30,021 nucleotides of DNA from a virus (IMGVR_UViG_3300025543_000136:1-30021); one strand, 5' to 3'; counted from the stretch's first letter, positions 17,058-26,316 are shown. Notes: generated by a model from the letters alone, not told the origin. Program-made: numbers and translations.

Positions 17058-18494
17058 ATGGAAGAAGAAGACACAATCGGTGCAGCTGGAACTAGCTACG
17101 GTGACCTTCTCGGAATGTCGCAGGGTGCTCTGAATCGTTTGGGTGGCAAAGGCTTGATGGAAGATGCCATTGAGATTGCTCGGGAGATATCTCCTGAATA
17201 CAAGCCTATTGACCCTGCTCTTCTGGCCTTCCAATTCTTCACGAACATGGCAGCTGAAGCCTCCAAGCCAGGACAAACAGCTCTGGGCGCAGCTTCAACA
17301 GCCTCATTGGTCCCAGCACAATACCTGATGAAAGATGCAATGGCCAAGCGCGAAGCTGAAGCCAAGCTCCCTGCAACTGCCATCAACATAGCCAAAGCGA
17401 TCAAACCACCCAAGGCCACAGGAACAGGAACAGTCAACACATGGACTCTCGGCAAAGACATTCCTGGGCTTGGTAATGCAGGAGATCGAATAACTCTTAC
17501 GAATGCAGCAGCAGCTAAAATTGCTTCGGAAGACCCATCTGCAATTGTTAAAGCATCAACAAAACCTTTGGCTGAAAAATATCTTCAGCAGGATCGTGTT
17601 CTTTACATGAACGAAGATGATGCAAGGGCGAAATTGTTGACATTCGGTGTTACAGAAGATGATCCTGAATTTACCACGATACTTAAATTGATGACCACTG
17701 ATGATGAAGAGCTTCTTGGTAGACCAGTGATTCAAGCAGACCAGTATGTAAGTTTTTACATCCCTAGAGCTGGGGAAGATTCTGAATTCTCTGTTATAAC
17801 AAGAGCACCAACAGGGGGAGCAGTTCCTGCGGAGGTTATGTCTCGAAACGAAGACCTCAAAAAGCTCGGCAAATTGGAGCTTGACTACATAGACAAAACC
17901 TCTAGTCTGCTTCCAACAATTCAAGTTGCGCTTGATACAATATATCAGAATCCAGGATTGACAGGAGTTGTTCAAAGTGCAACTCTGGATATTCGCGCAG
18001 CATTGCAGGGTGCTTTCGGCTGGTCAGATCCTGAAATTTCAGATCAACAACTTTTGAAAGCGATATCTAACAAACTCGCACCTTTGATGCGACCTCCAGG
18101 ATCTGGTTCTACCTCAGACATGGAATTCAAGGCATACAAAGAGGCTGTTCTTTCTCTTGGCAACAATGCAAAAGCCAACTACCTTACACTGCACATGTTG
18201 AAGAAAACAACTGAAAATTCCGCAGCTGACATCAGATTGAGAAAAGAGCTTTTAATTCAAGGGAAAAGCAACAAATACATAAATGAGCGAATCAGAGAGC
18301 TGGACAAAGGCATATACAAGAAAATGCCACCACTTCAGACCAACAATGTTACAGAGTTCCGACAGGCAAGAGATACTTTTTACAACTCTTTGCAGAACGG
18401 TGAAGTGTTCATAAATAAAAACCCAGCCACTGGCCAGAAATTATATCCACAAGAACCTACTATTATGATCAAAGGCTGGAATGGTGGAAGTTAG
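17058..18494 (+). CDS. DNA ejection protein (internal virion protein)
   Basis: Start moved to ATG 17058 (RBS AAGGAG). Helical, with RPPGSGSTSDME resembling the G..SD motif of podoviral ejection proteins. Confidence 0.68.
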   Translation: MEEEDTIGAAGTSYGDLLGMSQGALNRLGGKGLMEDAIEIAREISPEYKPIDPALLAFQFFTNMAAEASKPGQTALGAASTASLVPAQYLMKDAMAKREAEAKLPATAINIAKAIKPPKATGTGTVNTWTLGKDIPGLGNAGDRITLTNAAAAKIASEDPSAIVKASTKPLAEKYLQQDRVLYMNEDDARAKLLTFGVTEDDPEFTTILKLMTTDDEELLGRPVIQADQYVSFYIPRAGEDSEFSVITRAPTGGAVPAEVMSRNEDLKKLGKLELDYIDKTSSLLPTIQVALDTIYQNPGLTGVVQSATLDIRAALQGAFGWSDPEISDQQLLKAISNKLAPLMRPPGSGSTSDMEFKAYKEAVLSLGNNAKANYLTLHMLKKTTENSAADIRLRKELLIQGKSNKYINERIRELDKGIYKKMPPLQTNNVTEFRQARDTFYNSLQNGEVFINKNPATGQKLYPQEPTIMIKGWNGGS

Positions 18495-18502
18495 GAACTG
18501 AC

Positions 18503-20785
18503 ATGGAAGATGAAGAGCTCACCTTTGACGAGCAGGTAGCAGCAGCTGATGCAGCTGAAGGAGGGTTGCCCGATGGTGCTCCCACCCAAGGGAATGATGT
18601 CAACCCAGAGACTATTGATCTAGAGGCTGAAAGGTCTTTGTTCGAGTCCATAAAAGCAATCCCATCTGCCCTGAGGGATGCCGCAACTGGCGAAGGCCAA
18701 GAGGTTGAATTCCCAGACATCCCAGAAGCCTCAGACATGGGTGGTGATGCTCCTGGATTGGTTGAAGGCTTGATTCCCAATATTAAAGTATTTCTTGCCA
18801 GAGACGATGTCGGCAAGAGCGAGATAATGGAAAAGTCTTTTCAAGGTGATGAGCGTTGGGGAGGCAGATTCCAAGACAAGTTCGGCAATCCTATGATTGT
18901 CTGGAACAAGAAGCCTTATTATGTCAACAAGCCAGGATTTTCTTCGCAAGATTTTGGTACATTCGTTGGCGAAACAATAAAAATGCTTCCCGCAGCTCTC
19001 ACATCAGGAGGAGCAACTGTCCTCCAGACTATAGCCAGAGGTATTCCAATATATTCATCCACTGAAGTTGGTTCCCAGCTTTTAGAGGCTCAGATGACTC
19101 CGGAGACAACCAAGGCTAAGAAGCAGACAGCAGGTGATCTAGCCAAAGACGCAGCCACTGCAACAGCGGTTGGAGTTGCCGCAGACGTTGTGTTGCCACC
19201 AGCACTCAAGCTCGCAGGCAGGGCAGCTATGGCTCCTGTCAGGGGAGCAGCTAATGTTGCTGGAGTTCAACTCCCCCGATTCATGCGCCCAACACCGAAT
19301 CAAAGCTCTCCCTACATAATGACTCAAGGCCAAAGGTCTGGTGAGTTGCCTGATCCTGAGATTGGACAGCTGGACACTTTGGCTTCTTCGGACATTGCAC
19401 GTGAAGATATTTTGCGCAGGTCTGCTGGGGTGGATGCTGGAGCCAGCGACCAACTCAGAGGATTCGACAGGCGTCAGTTGGACCAGATCCGAGCGGATGC
19501 GACTCAGTTGCGTTCTAGGATGGGCTCAGGCGACCCAATGGTTGCTGGTGCGCTTGACACTCCCACAGCAGCCGCTGAAGGCATTCAATCAACGGCTCGA
19601 GAAACAGCTGAACGTCTCAAAGCAGAGGCTGATGCATCTTATAAAATTGTTGAAAATGCTGCTAACCAACCAGTGCTTTCTCAGCGTGGGTTGATGGAAA
19701 CTGCCAGCGATGCGGTGGCGATGTTGCGAAAAGAGGTTGGTCCAGCGATGCGTGCTGAAATGCCTAATCTTTCCAAGCAGCTGAAGAAGCTGGAAAAGTT
19801 AGTCAAAATATCTAAGAACCCAAACTTCAAAGGTGCACCACTTAGGTCCATTGATGACTACCAAAGAGCTTTGGGTGTCCAGATAAAACAGGCTATGGCA
19901 GTTGGCGGCAATGCTTCGGAAGGTCGTGCGCTGACAATGCTCAAGAATCAGCTTAACGAAGCCTACAACACCGCAATAGAGCGCGGATTGATGTTCGGGG
20001 ATCAAAGCGTAATAGATCAGCTGCAGAAATCTAGGCAGATTTACACGAAGTATATGGGCCTTACAGGGCAGCAAAGCAGCAAAAATGCATCAGTCCGAGC
20101 AGCCAACAAGATCTTGGAAATGATTACGAACACAGAAGCCAACCCCAAGCAGGTGGTCGGGGCATTGTTCGGTCATAACAAGTTCGCTCCAGCCAATGCG
20201 GTTCCAACTGTCATTCGCAAGCTGAAGTCAACTCTCGGAGAAGGTTCCGCAGAATACAAAGAGATCATTGGGCTGATGAAAGACGCAACTCTGGAAAGAG
20301 CTTTTGCTGGCACTGGCAGGTCTGGCGTAACAAGAACGAACATCGTGAACAATTACAAAAGTGTCTTCGGCAAGAACAAAGCTGTCATCAATGAGCTTTT
20401 CTCAAAAGAAGAGCTTGCGCAGATAGCTAAGTTCCGCAATGACGTAATGCCAACGCTCTGGGCAGAGATAAAACTCAACCCATCAGGGTCAGCTACCACC
20501 ATATTAGGAGAGCTAGGCAGAGGTGGCCTTCTTAACTTTTTGTCTGGGATTCCTGGAGCTGGCGGTGCAGTCAGAGCAATCGAAGGTGGTTTCGAGGCCA
20601 GAGAAGTTCAAGCAATTGTCCGGCAATACCTCGACAGAGCCAAAGCACCTCTCTTCAGCACAGCAATCCAAGCTGAAACTAAGCCAGAAGCTATCGAGAC
20701 AATCAACCCGCAGAGCTCCCCAGCATTGCAGAGCATAATTGAAGGGTTGTCCGAAGAGGACAGGGCAGCTCTTTTGTCCCCCTAA
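18503..20785 (+). CDS. large DNA ejection protein
   Basis: 760-aa alpha-helical Ala-rich protein, last large gene of the virion operon (NKPGFS..D, T.GQRSG, NPSGSA). Confidence 0.68.
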   Translation: MEDEELTFDEQVAAADAAEGGLPDGAPTQGNDVNPETIDLEAERSLFESIKAIPSALRDAATGEGQEVEFPDIPEASDMGGDAPGLVEGLIPNIKVFLARDDVGKSEIMEKSFQGDERWGGRFQDKFGNPMIVWNKKPYYVNKPGFSSQDFGTFVGETIKMLPAALTSGGATVLQTIARGIPIYSSTEVGSQLLEAQMTPETTKAKKQTAGDLAKDAATATAVGVAADVVLPPALKLAGRAAMAPVRGAANVAGVQLPRFMRPTPNQSSPYIMTQGQRSGELPDPEIGQLDTLASSDIAREDILRRSAGVDAGASDQLRGFDRRQLDQIRADATQLRSRMGSGDPMVAGALDTPTAAAEGIQSTARETAERLKAEADASYKIVENAANQPVLSQRGLMETASDAVAMLRKEVGPAMRAEMPNLSKQLKKLEKLVKISKNPNFKGAPLRSIDDYQRALGVQIKQAMAVGGNASEGRALTMLKNQLNEAYNTAIERGLMFGDQSVIDQLQKSRQIYTKYMGLTGQQSSKNASVRAANKILEMITNTEANPKQVVGALFGHNKFAPANAVPTVIRKLKSTLGEGSAEYKEIIGLMKDATLERAFAGTGRSGVTRTNIVNNYKSVFGKNKAVINELFSKEELAQIAKFRNDVMPTLWAEIKLNPSGSATTILGELGRGGLLNFLSGIPGAGGAVRAIEGGFEAREVQAIVRQYLDRAKAPLFSTAIQAETKPEAIETINPQSSPALQSIIEGLSEEDRAALLSP

Positions 20786-21265
20786 ATGATTGATCCTGTC
20801 ACAGCTTTCGCTGCTGCAAATGCTGCCTTCAAAGGCGTCAAAATGCTTGTGGGGGCTGGCAGGGAAATACAAGACGTTTCTCAGCAGCTTGGTGCATGGT
20901 ATGGCGCAGTCGCTGATATAACTCGTGCGGAGTCTCAACGTAAGAATCCAACTTGGCTAGACAAAAAGACTCATGGTTCTGAAAACATTGAACAAGAAGC
21001 CATGGACATCATTGTCCGGAAAAAGACTTTACTTGAGAAAGAGAAAGAAATAAAATTTATGCTTGACTACAGGTTCGGGTTGGGAACCTACGACGAGATG
21101 CTTGGCATGCGCCGAAAGATACGCGCTGATCGTGAAGAAACTGTTTACAAGGCAATGGAAGCCAAGCGTCAGATTCAGAACAATATGGCCATAGGTGCAC
21201 TTTCGCTAGGAATCATAGGAGTGCTGGGGGGAGGGATTTATCTTATTTACTTGGGGATCAGCTAA
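20786..21265 (+). CDS. conserved phage membrane-anchored coiled-coil protein
   Basis: MIDPVTAFAAA start, coiled coil and C-terminal TM (IGALSLGIIGVLGGGIYLIYL). Confidence 0.72.
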   Translation: MIDPVTAFAAANAAFKGVKMLVGAGREIQDVSQQLGAWYGAVADITRAESQRKNPTWLDKKTHGSENIEQEAMDIIVRKKTLLEKEKEIKFMLDYRFGLGTYDEMLGMRRKIRADREETVYKAMEAKRQIQNNMAIGALSLGIIGVLGGGIYLIYLGIS

Positions 21266-21531
21266 TGTTAGCCAGTTTAATTTTATCAGTAACCCTAGCA
21301 GGTGTTGCCAACCCAACACACGTTCAATGCCACCTGTGGAAAAGATTCACAGACACAAATGGTCAGAAAGTGTGCGTTTACAGATTCACCGCAGGTTTCG
21401 GTGGCCTAGGATATCATTACCCAACACAGAGCTTCTCTGAATGCCCAAAGGTGTTCAGTTGCATCTACGAAAAGAAAGACAAAAGGCCTAGTCTGAGTGA
21501 GATCCTTGATGGCTTAAAAGATGGCTTCTAA
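21265..21531 (+). CDS. small exported Cys-containing protein
   Basis: Signal-peptide-like N-terminus and four Cys. TAATG coupling with the upstream gene. Confidence 0.65.
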   Translation: MLASLILSVTLAGVANPTHVQCHLWKRFTDTNGQKVCVYRFTAGFGGLGYHYPTQSFSECPKVFSCIYEKKDKRPSLSEILDGLKDGF

Positions 21532-21938
21532 CAAGCGATCACATTGGACAATTCAATCCAGTCATCAGAAGTCACATTGCCTTGTTTGTGCCAAGCTGCC
21601 ATTGCCATAACTTCTTTCTTAGCAGGTCTGTCTAGGAGCTTTTTGCCATTCTCACCATCTATTAATATCGTGAAGTCTCTCCCGACTCTGAAAAGGTACC
21701 AGCTCTTGCCACCCTCTCGGATGTGTTGGTTTGCCCAGAAAGTTTGACTTTGTCTAAGGCCACTGGTGAACCTTCCTCTTTTGGCCCACTTTTCAATGTA
21801 CTTCAGCTCTATCCAACCAGACTTGCCATCCCGAATATAATGCACATCAGGCATTCCCCGCATGACTCTGTTCTCAACCCGATACATCTTCAACGGAAGG
21901 TTGTTCCGCAATAACGTCCAGAAATTACTCTCGCTCAT
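21528..21938 (-). CDS. PD-(D/E)XK nuclease (VRR-NUC/Holliday-junction resolvase-like)
   Basis: MSESNFW, GMPD, WIELK and L..SQ..W motifs, next to the SNF2 helicase. Confidence 0.85.
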   Translation of the reverse strand: MSESNFWTLLRNNLPLKMYRVENRVMRGMPDVHYIRDGKSGWIELKYIEKWAKRGRFTSGLRQSQTFWANQHIREGGKSWYLFRVGRDFTILIDGENGKKLLDRPAKKEVMAMAAWHKQGNVTSDDWIELSNVIAC

Positions 21939-22117
21939 ATTTTTCTCCCTTTTTCTCTCAAGCCTTTTATGAAGCCAGACAGATCATGCTTGGCTGTCCA
22001 ATATTTGTTCTTTGCGTCTTTGTGTGGGTCTTTGGCGAACATTTCATCTTGTGCTTTATCCACCAGAGACTTGTACCATTTAAGTTGCTGCTCTTCAAAT
22101 GCGGAAAGTTTTCTCAT
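21935..22117 (-). CDS. hypothetical protein
   Basis: 60-aa ORF translationally coupled to both neighbours. Confidence 0.65.
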   Translation of the reverse strand: MRKLSAFEEQQLKWYKSLVDKAQDEMFAKDPHKDAKNKYWTAKHDLSGFIKGLREKGRKI

Positions 22118-23805
22118 TATTCCTCCGACAAGAAAAATGACATCGGATCTTTGGTCACAACGTCTGCTAGATTCTTTTTGTCCCGCAGAGCTTTGATGAT
22201 CTTTGAGTCAATGGTCTTGGGACTCTCTATGTCGATGTATGTTACGTTCTGGGTTGTGCCTATGCGGTGACATCTGTCTTCCGACTGCAGTCTTGTTTCC
22301 AAGTCGAAACTGTTGGAATAATATATCGCGTAAGATGCAGCTGTTAGCGTCAAGCCAATCCCGCCCGACTGGGGCTGCCCGATGAAGTAACGCACGCTTG
22401 GGTCATTCTGGAAGCTGTCTACAGCCTTGACTCTCATGTCGTTAGACACGCCACCATGGTAGCTCACAGCCTTGTGCCCCAGCATCCGCTCAATCTGCGC
22501 AATATCAGCTCTGAAGCGTGCCCAGATTATGACCTTGTCATCAATATTGGCCAGCAGATCTTTCAGAGCCTCAAGCCTCGGATTCTTGTCGTCTATGGGT
22601 CTTGCTTTCTCTTCGGCAGGAAACCACCCACAAACTATCTGTTGCAGTCGTAGCAGCCTTGTTATGGCCTCCTGTGCGTCTATTACGTCACCTTCCAGCT
22701 CAACCACGAAGTCTTTTTTCAGAGAATCATACAACTTGCGCTGCTTTGGCGAGAGATCAACAAAGTGACGTTGATATATCTTGTCTGGCAAGTCCAAGCA
22801 ATCTTTCTTCAGAACCCTGAATGAGTGGCCTTCAATGCTCTTGGTAAGCTCGTCCATATATTGATAAGAAACGATCTGCTTGTTCTCGTATCCTCCCATG
22901 ACGCAGTACCTTGCCCTGAAAGAATAAAAGCTGTCGTAACCGAGGATGTAAGGATCGAGGAATCTGAATTGGCTGTACACGTCCTCTGGACCTTTGGTCA
23001 CTGGGGTGCCTGTCATGATCCTGCGATAATTGGCTTGCTTGGCAAACTTGTGGATTGTCTTGGTGCGCTTGGCTCCTGGACGCTTGATCCGAGAGCTTTC
23101 ATCCACCACCAAAAGAACCTTGTTGCTGAGGAGTATTTTGTTCATCAATGCCACAGCTGTTTGGCTCACAAAAGCCTCAACATTGAAAGAGAATATCTTC
23201 AGCTGATCGTGCCCAGACAATATGTCGTCAAACTTGGCTTTGTCTTTGGCCTTCATTCCGGAGTAATAATATGTCGAAGAGTATTGACACCACTCTGGCA
23301 TGTGGTCTGGGATCTCTTTGTTCAGCCAATTGCGGTGCACCCCATTGGGTGCAATGACCACCAGAGCTGTTATCTCTCCAGAAGCATAAAGATACGCAGC
23401 ATTGTCTATGATGACTTTTGTCTTGCCTGTGCCTTGTTCCATAAGCAGCGCGAATGACTCTTTGTCCCGACTCATATAAAATGCTTTACGCTGGTGATCG
23501 AATGGCTTTGTCTTGAAAAGGAAGTCACCCAGATCTTTCGGGGCTGCAGCTTTTTCTTTGCGAGTCAATTCGGCTTGATGCATTGTCTCAATATAATCGT
23601 CTAGGATGGGCGAAGCAGCTTCCGACCACACCGCCCTAGGCCAATGCTTGTTGATGTGGCTTATGTTGGCTCCTGTGGGTGCAAACAACAAGTCCCTGCC
23701 AACCCACTTCTTGAATCCTGGCAATGCCGCCAACTTTTGGATAGCATCACCATCTAGCTTAACTTTTGCTAGGCAGAACCTGCCATGAGCTTTGTCTATT
23801 TCCAT
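22117..23805 (-). CDS. SNF2-family helicase/translocase
   Basis: EQGTGKT (I), VVDESS (II), MTGTP (III), GIGLTLT (V) and QSEDRCHRIG (VI). Confidence 0.93.
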   Translation of the reverse strand: MEIDKAHGRFCLAKVKLDGDAIQKLAALPGFKKWVGRDLLFAPTGANISHINKHWPRAVWSEAASPILDDYIETMHQAELTRKEKAAAPKDLGDFLFKTKPFDHQRKAFYMSRDKESFALLMEQGTGKTKVIIDNAAYLYASGEITALVVIAPNGVHRNWLNKEIPDHMPEWCQYSSTYYYSGMKAKDKAKFDDILSGHDQLKIFSFNVEAFVSQTAVALMNKILLSNKVLLVVDESSRIKRPGAKRTKTIHKFAKQANYRRIMTGTPVTKGPEDVYSQFRFLDPYILGYDSFYSFRARYCVMGGYENKQIVSYQYMDELTKSIEGHSFRVLKKDCLDLPDKIYQRHFVDLSPKQRKLYDSLKKDFVVELEGDVIDAQEAITRLLRLQQIVCGWFPAEEKARPIDDKNPRLEALKDLLANIDDKVIIWARFRADIAQIERMLGHKAVSYHGGVSNDMRVKAVDSFQNDPSVRYFIGQPQSGGIGLTLTAASYAIYYSNSFDLETRLQSEDRCHRIGTTQNVTYIDIESPKTIDSKIIKALRDKKNLADVVTKDPMSFFLSEE

Positions 23806-24224
23806 GGTCGTAATTTTGGCCTCACTTTCTTGGGTTTGGTTAGGTTGTCGGAATAAAAGATGTGCGTCCCGATTGTCATTGCGGGGAACATCTCTTCAGC
23901 CCAAACAGGCGAAACGCTAGTGGCATGGTAGTGGTAATAATATCCACCCCAATACTTCTCACCAGTCTTGTGATTGAATATGGCGTCCTGAGCGAACATC
24001 TCTGCATCAGCCCACAAGTCACCGTCTGTTGGAATGCCAGCCCAACCATTGGGGCTGACGAAGCTGAATTGATTAGGCTGCATGACAACACCACAAATGG
24101 TGTCAGGGAAGCGATTGGACTCAACCCTATTCATTATGACCTCAGCCACAGCTCTTTGACCGTTGAGTGGCTCTCCACGAGCCTCGTGGTAAAGAGCTAA
24201 CGACAAGCAAAGTTCCGCAATCAT
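23796..24224 (-). CDS. cell-wall hydrolase, SleB/Hydrolase_2 family
   Basis: YHEARGE, AVAEVIMNRV, FPDTICGVV, QFSF, YHAT.V.P.W and IGTHIFY. Start moved to ATG 24224 (RBS GGAGGG). Confidence 0.9.
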   Translation of the reverse strand: MIAELCLSLALYHEARGEPLNGQRAVAEVIMNRVESNRFPDTICGVVMQPNQFSFVSPNGWAGIPTDGDLWADAEMFAQDAIFNHKTGEKYWGGYYYHYHATSVSPVWAEEMFPAMTIGTHIFYSDNLTKPKKVRPKLRPWK

Positions 24225-24379
24225 TGTGTTTCCCTCCAAACAAAATAAGTTTTGTAGTCGCCAACATATTTCATCATGTAATAGTTGTGACTGTTCATGG
24301 CTGTGGAATATGTCATATCTTTATATTCCACCACACGCTTTATCCCTTCGCCAATTTTAATTATTTCAGTTGCCCACAT
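24221..24379 (-). CDS. small hypothetical protein (52 aa, absent from the ORF track)
   Basis: MWATEIIKIGEGIKRVVEYKDMTYSTAMNSHNYYMMKYVGDYKTYFVWRETQ. RBS GAGGTG and ATGA overlap with the hydrolase. Confidence 0.65.
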   Translation of the reverse strand: MWATEIIKIGEGIKRVVEYKDMTYSTAMNSHNYYMMKYVGDYKTYFVWRETQ

Positions 24380-24551
24380 GGTTGTCACCTCGCAGGTTCA
24401 ACTTGGCCAAAGTCTCCAGAGGATTGTCTAGCATTTTAGCCAGACCAGACTTGTAAGATTCACGGCAAGGATCGCAGATAGCAGACCCATCGAATGGTGG
24501 CTCGTGCAGGTGGAAAGCCTCCCCGCAGTTGCAGCAATCATATTCACCCAT
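24366..24551 (-). CDS. small zinc-finger protein
   Basis: CCNC...CDPC pairs. Start 24551 (24560 also possible), overlapping both neighbours. Confidence 0.6.
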   Translation of the reverse strand: MGEYDCCNCGEAFHLHEPPFDGSAICDPCRESYKSGLAKMLDNPLETLAKLNLRGDNHVGN

Positions 24552-24831
24552 CACCTTCATCCTCCTCTGGCTTGCACTTCGGGCATGGGTCACGATGCAT
24601 CACCCAGTGGAAATGCTCGCTGGGGCCACTACCACAACTCTCCGGACGCTCATCCTCAATCCAACCATCAACGCAGTTGTCCTCGTCGCATTCGACTTCT
24701 CCGGAGCCATTGCAATCCTCGCAATCAACCCACTCACCAACAGGCTCCAGCGTCCCTCCGAAACGCTGGTACAAAGTCTTTTCAACTTTGCCTTTGTGGC
24801 CTGTGTGCTCACAATCTGGGCAGGGGATCAT
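24544..24831 (-). CDS. DnaJ-type CxxCxGxG zinc-finger protein
   Basis: CPDC...G, CEDCNGSG, C....CVDG and CPKC. ATGA overlap. Confidence 0.72.
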   Translation of the reverse strand: MIPCPDCEHTGHKGKVEKTLYQRFGGTLEPVGEWVDCEDCNGSGEVECDEDNCVDGWIEDERPESCGSGPSEHFHWVMHRDPCPKCKPEEDEGDG

Positions 24832-25595
24832 GCGTCCTCTCCCACTTGAATTTTCATTGGACGGTTGACAACGGTCTGCTTCTCGCCATTGTATTCTTCG
24901 TGCTTCTTGACGGTGGCTTTGAAGCTGATTGGGAAACTCTCACCTTGCCCAAGCCACTTGCCCATATACTTGATGGTGTTGCCGTCTTGGGTCTTGATGA
25001 GGTAGATGTATGTTGTGCCCCACTGATTGTCACCTTTCCAGACGAGACGTGCTGTGCCTTGAAAGTCTAGGCGATCACCAACCTCCCCGATGAAATTAGA
25101 AGCAGCTTTCACATCTGCGATTTCTTTGGCTTTGGCATCGTTCGCAGCTGTCAACTCAGCAAGCTTCTCAGCAGCTAGAGAGTTGTCACGCTCGAAGATC
25201 ACCTCAGTGCGCTTAGGGTTAGGGCCAGAGGATCCAGTTGAATCGTCGTAAGAGCGGTGGATCTTGTACATAGCCACCACACCAACACCATCAACAACAA
25301 ATGCTCTGCAGAAGTCACGACTGCGACGACCCCAACCAGTTGTGCCTTGGGCCCATGGTGTTGATCCTGCATACTCAACGATAATCGGAGCTTCAAGGAT
25401 CACGATGCTCTGGCCAACTGCAGAGGGAACACTGTCACCCCAACTCAATTCACCATCTTTGGCATTGGTGTTGTGGCCCACAACGCGAGCCATATAATTC
25501 ATTTGACCAACTGAGGAGAAATATCCACCTTTGTTGACACAGCCTTTGAGGGACATGTAGAGGTCTTTGTCATGATCAGTCCAACCGATTTGCAT
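24828..25595 (-). CDS. early protein with C-terminal OB-fold-like domain
   Basis: Strong RBS AGAAAGGAG and its own promoter. C-terminus FIGEVGDR...DGN..KY...FKATVKKHEEYNGEKQT is a recurrent phage domain. Confidence 0.75.
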   Translation of the reverse strand: MQIGWTDHDKDLYMSLKGCVNKGGYFSSVGQMNYMARVVGHNTNAKDGELSWGDSVPSAVGQSIVILEAPIIVEYAGSTPWAQGTTGWGRRSRDFCRAFVVDGVGVVAMYKIHRSYDDSTGSSGPNPKRTEVIFERDNSLAAEKLAELTAANDAKAKEIADVKAASNFIGEVGDRLDFQGTARLVWKGDNQWGTTYIYLIKTQDGNTIKYMGKWLGQGESFPISFKATVKKHEEYNGEKQTVVNRPMKIQVGEDA

Positions 25596-25624
25596 TTTGC
25601 ACTCCTTTCTAAGTTAACAATCGT

Positions 25625-25653
25625 AGTATCCTTCTTCTGCGCCGAAAAGTAAA
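25625..25653 (-). promoter_or_regulatory. sigma70-like promoter
   Basis: Minus strand TTTACT-17 nt-GATACT with AT-rich upstream sequence, about 30 nt before the 25595 start. Confidence 0.6.
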
Positions 25654-25694
25654 GAAGAAAGAATTGTTGAAAAACAAAGACCTCTGCTTTTTTA

Positions 25695-26255
25695 CTATTT
25701 AAATTTATTCACATCACTAGCCCAAAGCACCAATGAAGCCTTCTCGTTGCCTGAGCTAGCCATCACTCCTGCCCTGACAACACGGCCATATTGATGAGCC
25801 TTGGCCAAGGCATTGCTGACCTCGGAGCGGTGGAGCCTGTCTTTTTGATTGGGGTGCGCCTCATAATAAGCCTCATCACACTCACCTGTCGTCAAGTAAT
25901 TCTCTTGGGTGCGCAGGATGTCAATGATGTTGCTTTGAATCTGGCTGGCACCATGCTTGGCAACAACAGTCGCGTTGATAGGGCGATCGTCTTTTCTGGG
26001 CAAAGAAGCTGATGGTGTGACTTTGACTTTTACGCACCGCACAGCCCGATAATCAATCTTGGCAGAGTGGTTTTCATAGTTCGGTAATACGTGCGCCAGA
26101 ACCTGATCCCCAATGTCGAGGTTAAGGAATCCAGCAATCCGATTGCCGATGAAAACTGTCTCACCTTCTTGGGTGACGCCAAAGCAATTTTGCTTGAATG
26201 AAACTGACTCGATCAAGACGTGCAGCTCTTGAGTTTCTTCGATTGGTGTTGTCAT
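25695..26255 (-). CDS. putative nucleic-acid-binding protein (cold-shock/OB-like plus winged-helix-like)
   Basis: N-terminal FG....GETVFI.....L..GD.V beta barrel pattern and C-terminal helix-helix-wing ending VLWA. Confidence 0.65.
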   Translation of the reverse strand: MTTPIEETQELHVLIESVSFKQNCFGVTQEGETVFIGNRIAGFLNLDIGDQVLAHVLPNYENHSAKIDYRAVRCVKVKVTPSASLPRKDDRPINATVVAKHGASQIQSNIIDILRTQENYLTTGECDEAYYEAHPNQKDRLHRSEVSNALAKAHQYGRVVRAGVMASSGNEKASLVLWASDVNKFK

Positions 26256-26283
26256 AATTTTTCTTTCTCAGTTTGAAGTTTGA

Positions 26284-26312
26284 TGAGCAGTTTGAATCCA
26301 TGCTCAGGGATT
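26284..26312 (-). ncRNA. candidate H-type RNA pseudoknot in an intergenic spacer
   Basis: Minus strand AATCC-C-TGAGCA-T-GGATT-CAAAC-TGCTCA: P1 AATCC/GGATT and P2 TGAGCA/TGCTCA, both perfect. Confidence 0.55.
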
Positions 26313-26316
26313 GGGC

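Noticed and set aside
22825-23457. 210-aa plus-strand ORF inside the helicase
   Set aside because: Antisense shadow of a well-supported SNF2 gene.
24494-25070. Plus-strand ORFs of 124, 188 and 106 aa
   Set aside because: They lie opposite a coherent chain of coupled minus-strand genes and their translations look random.
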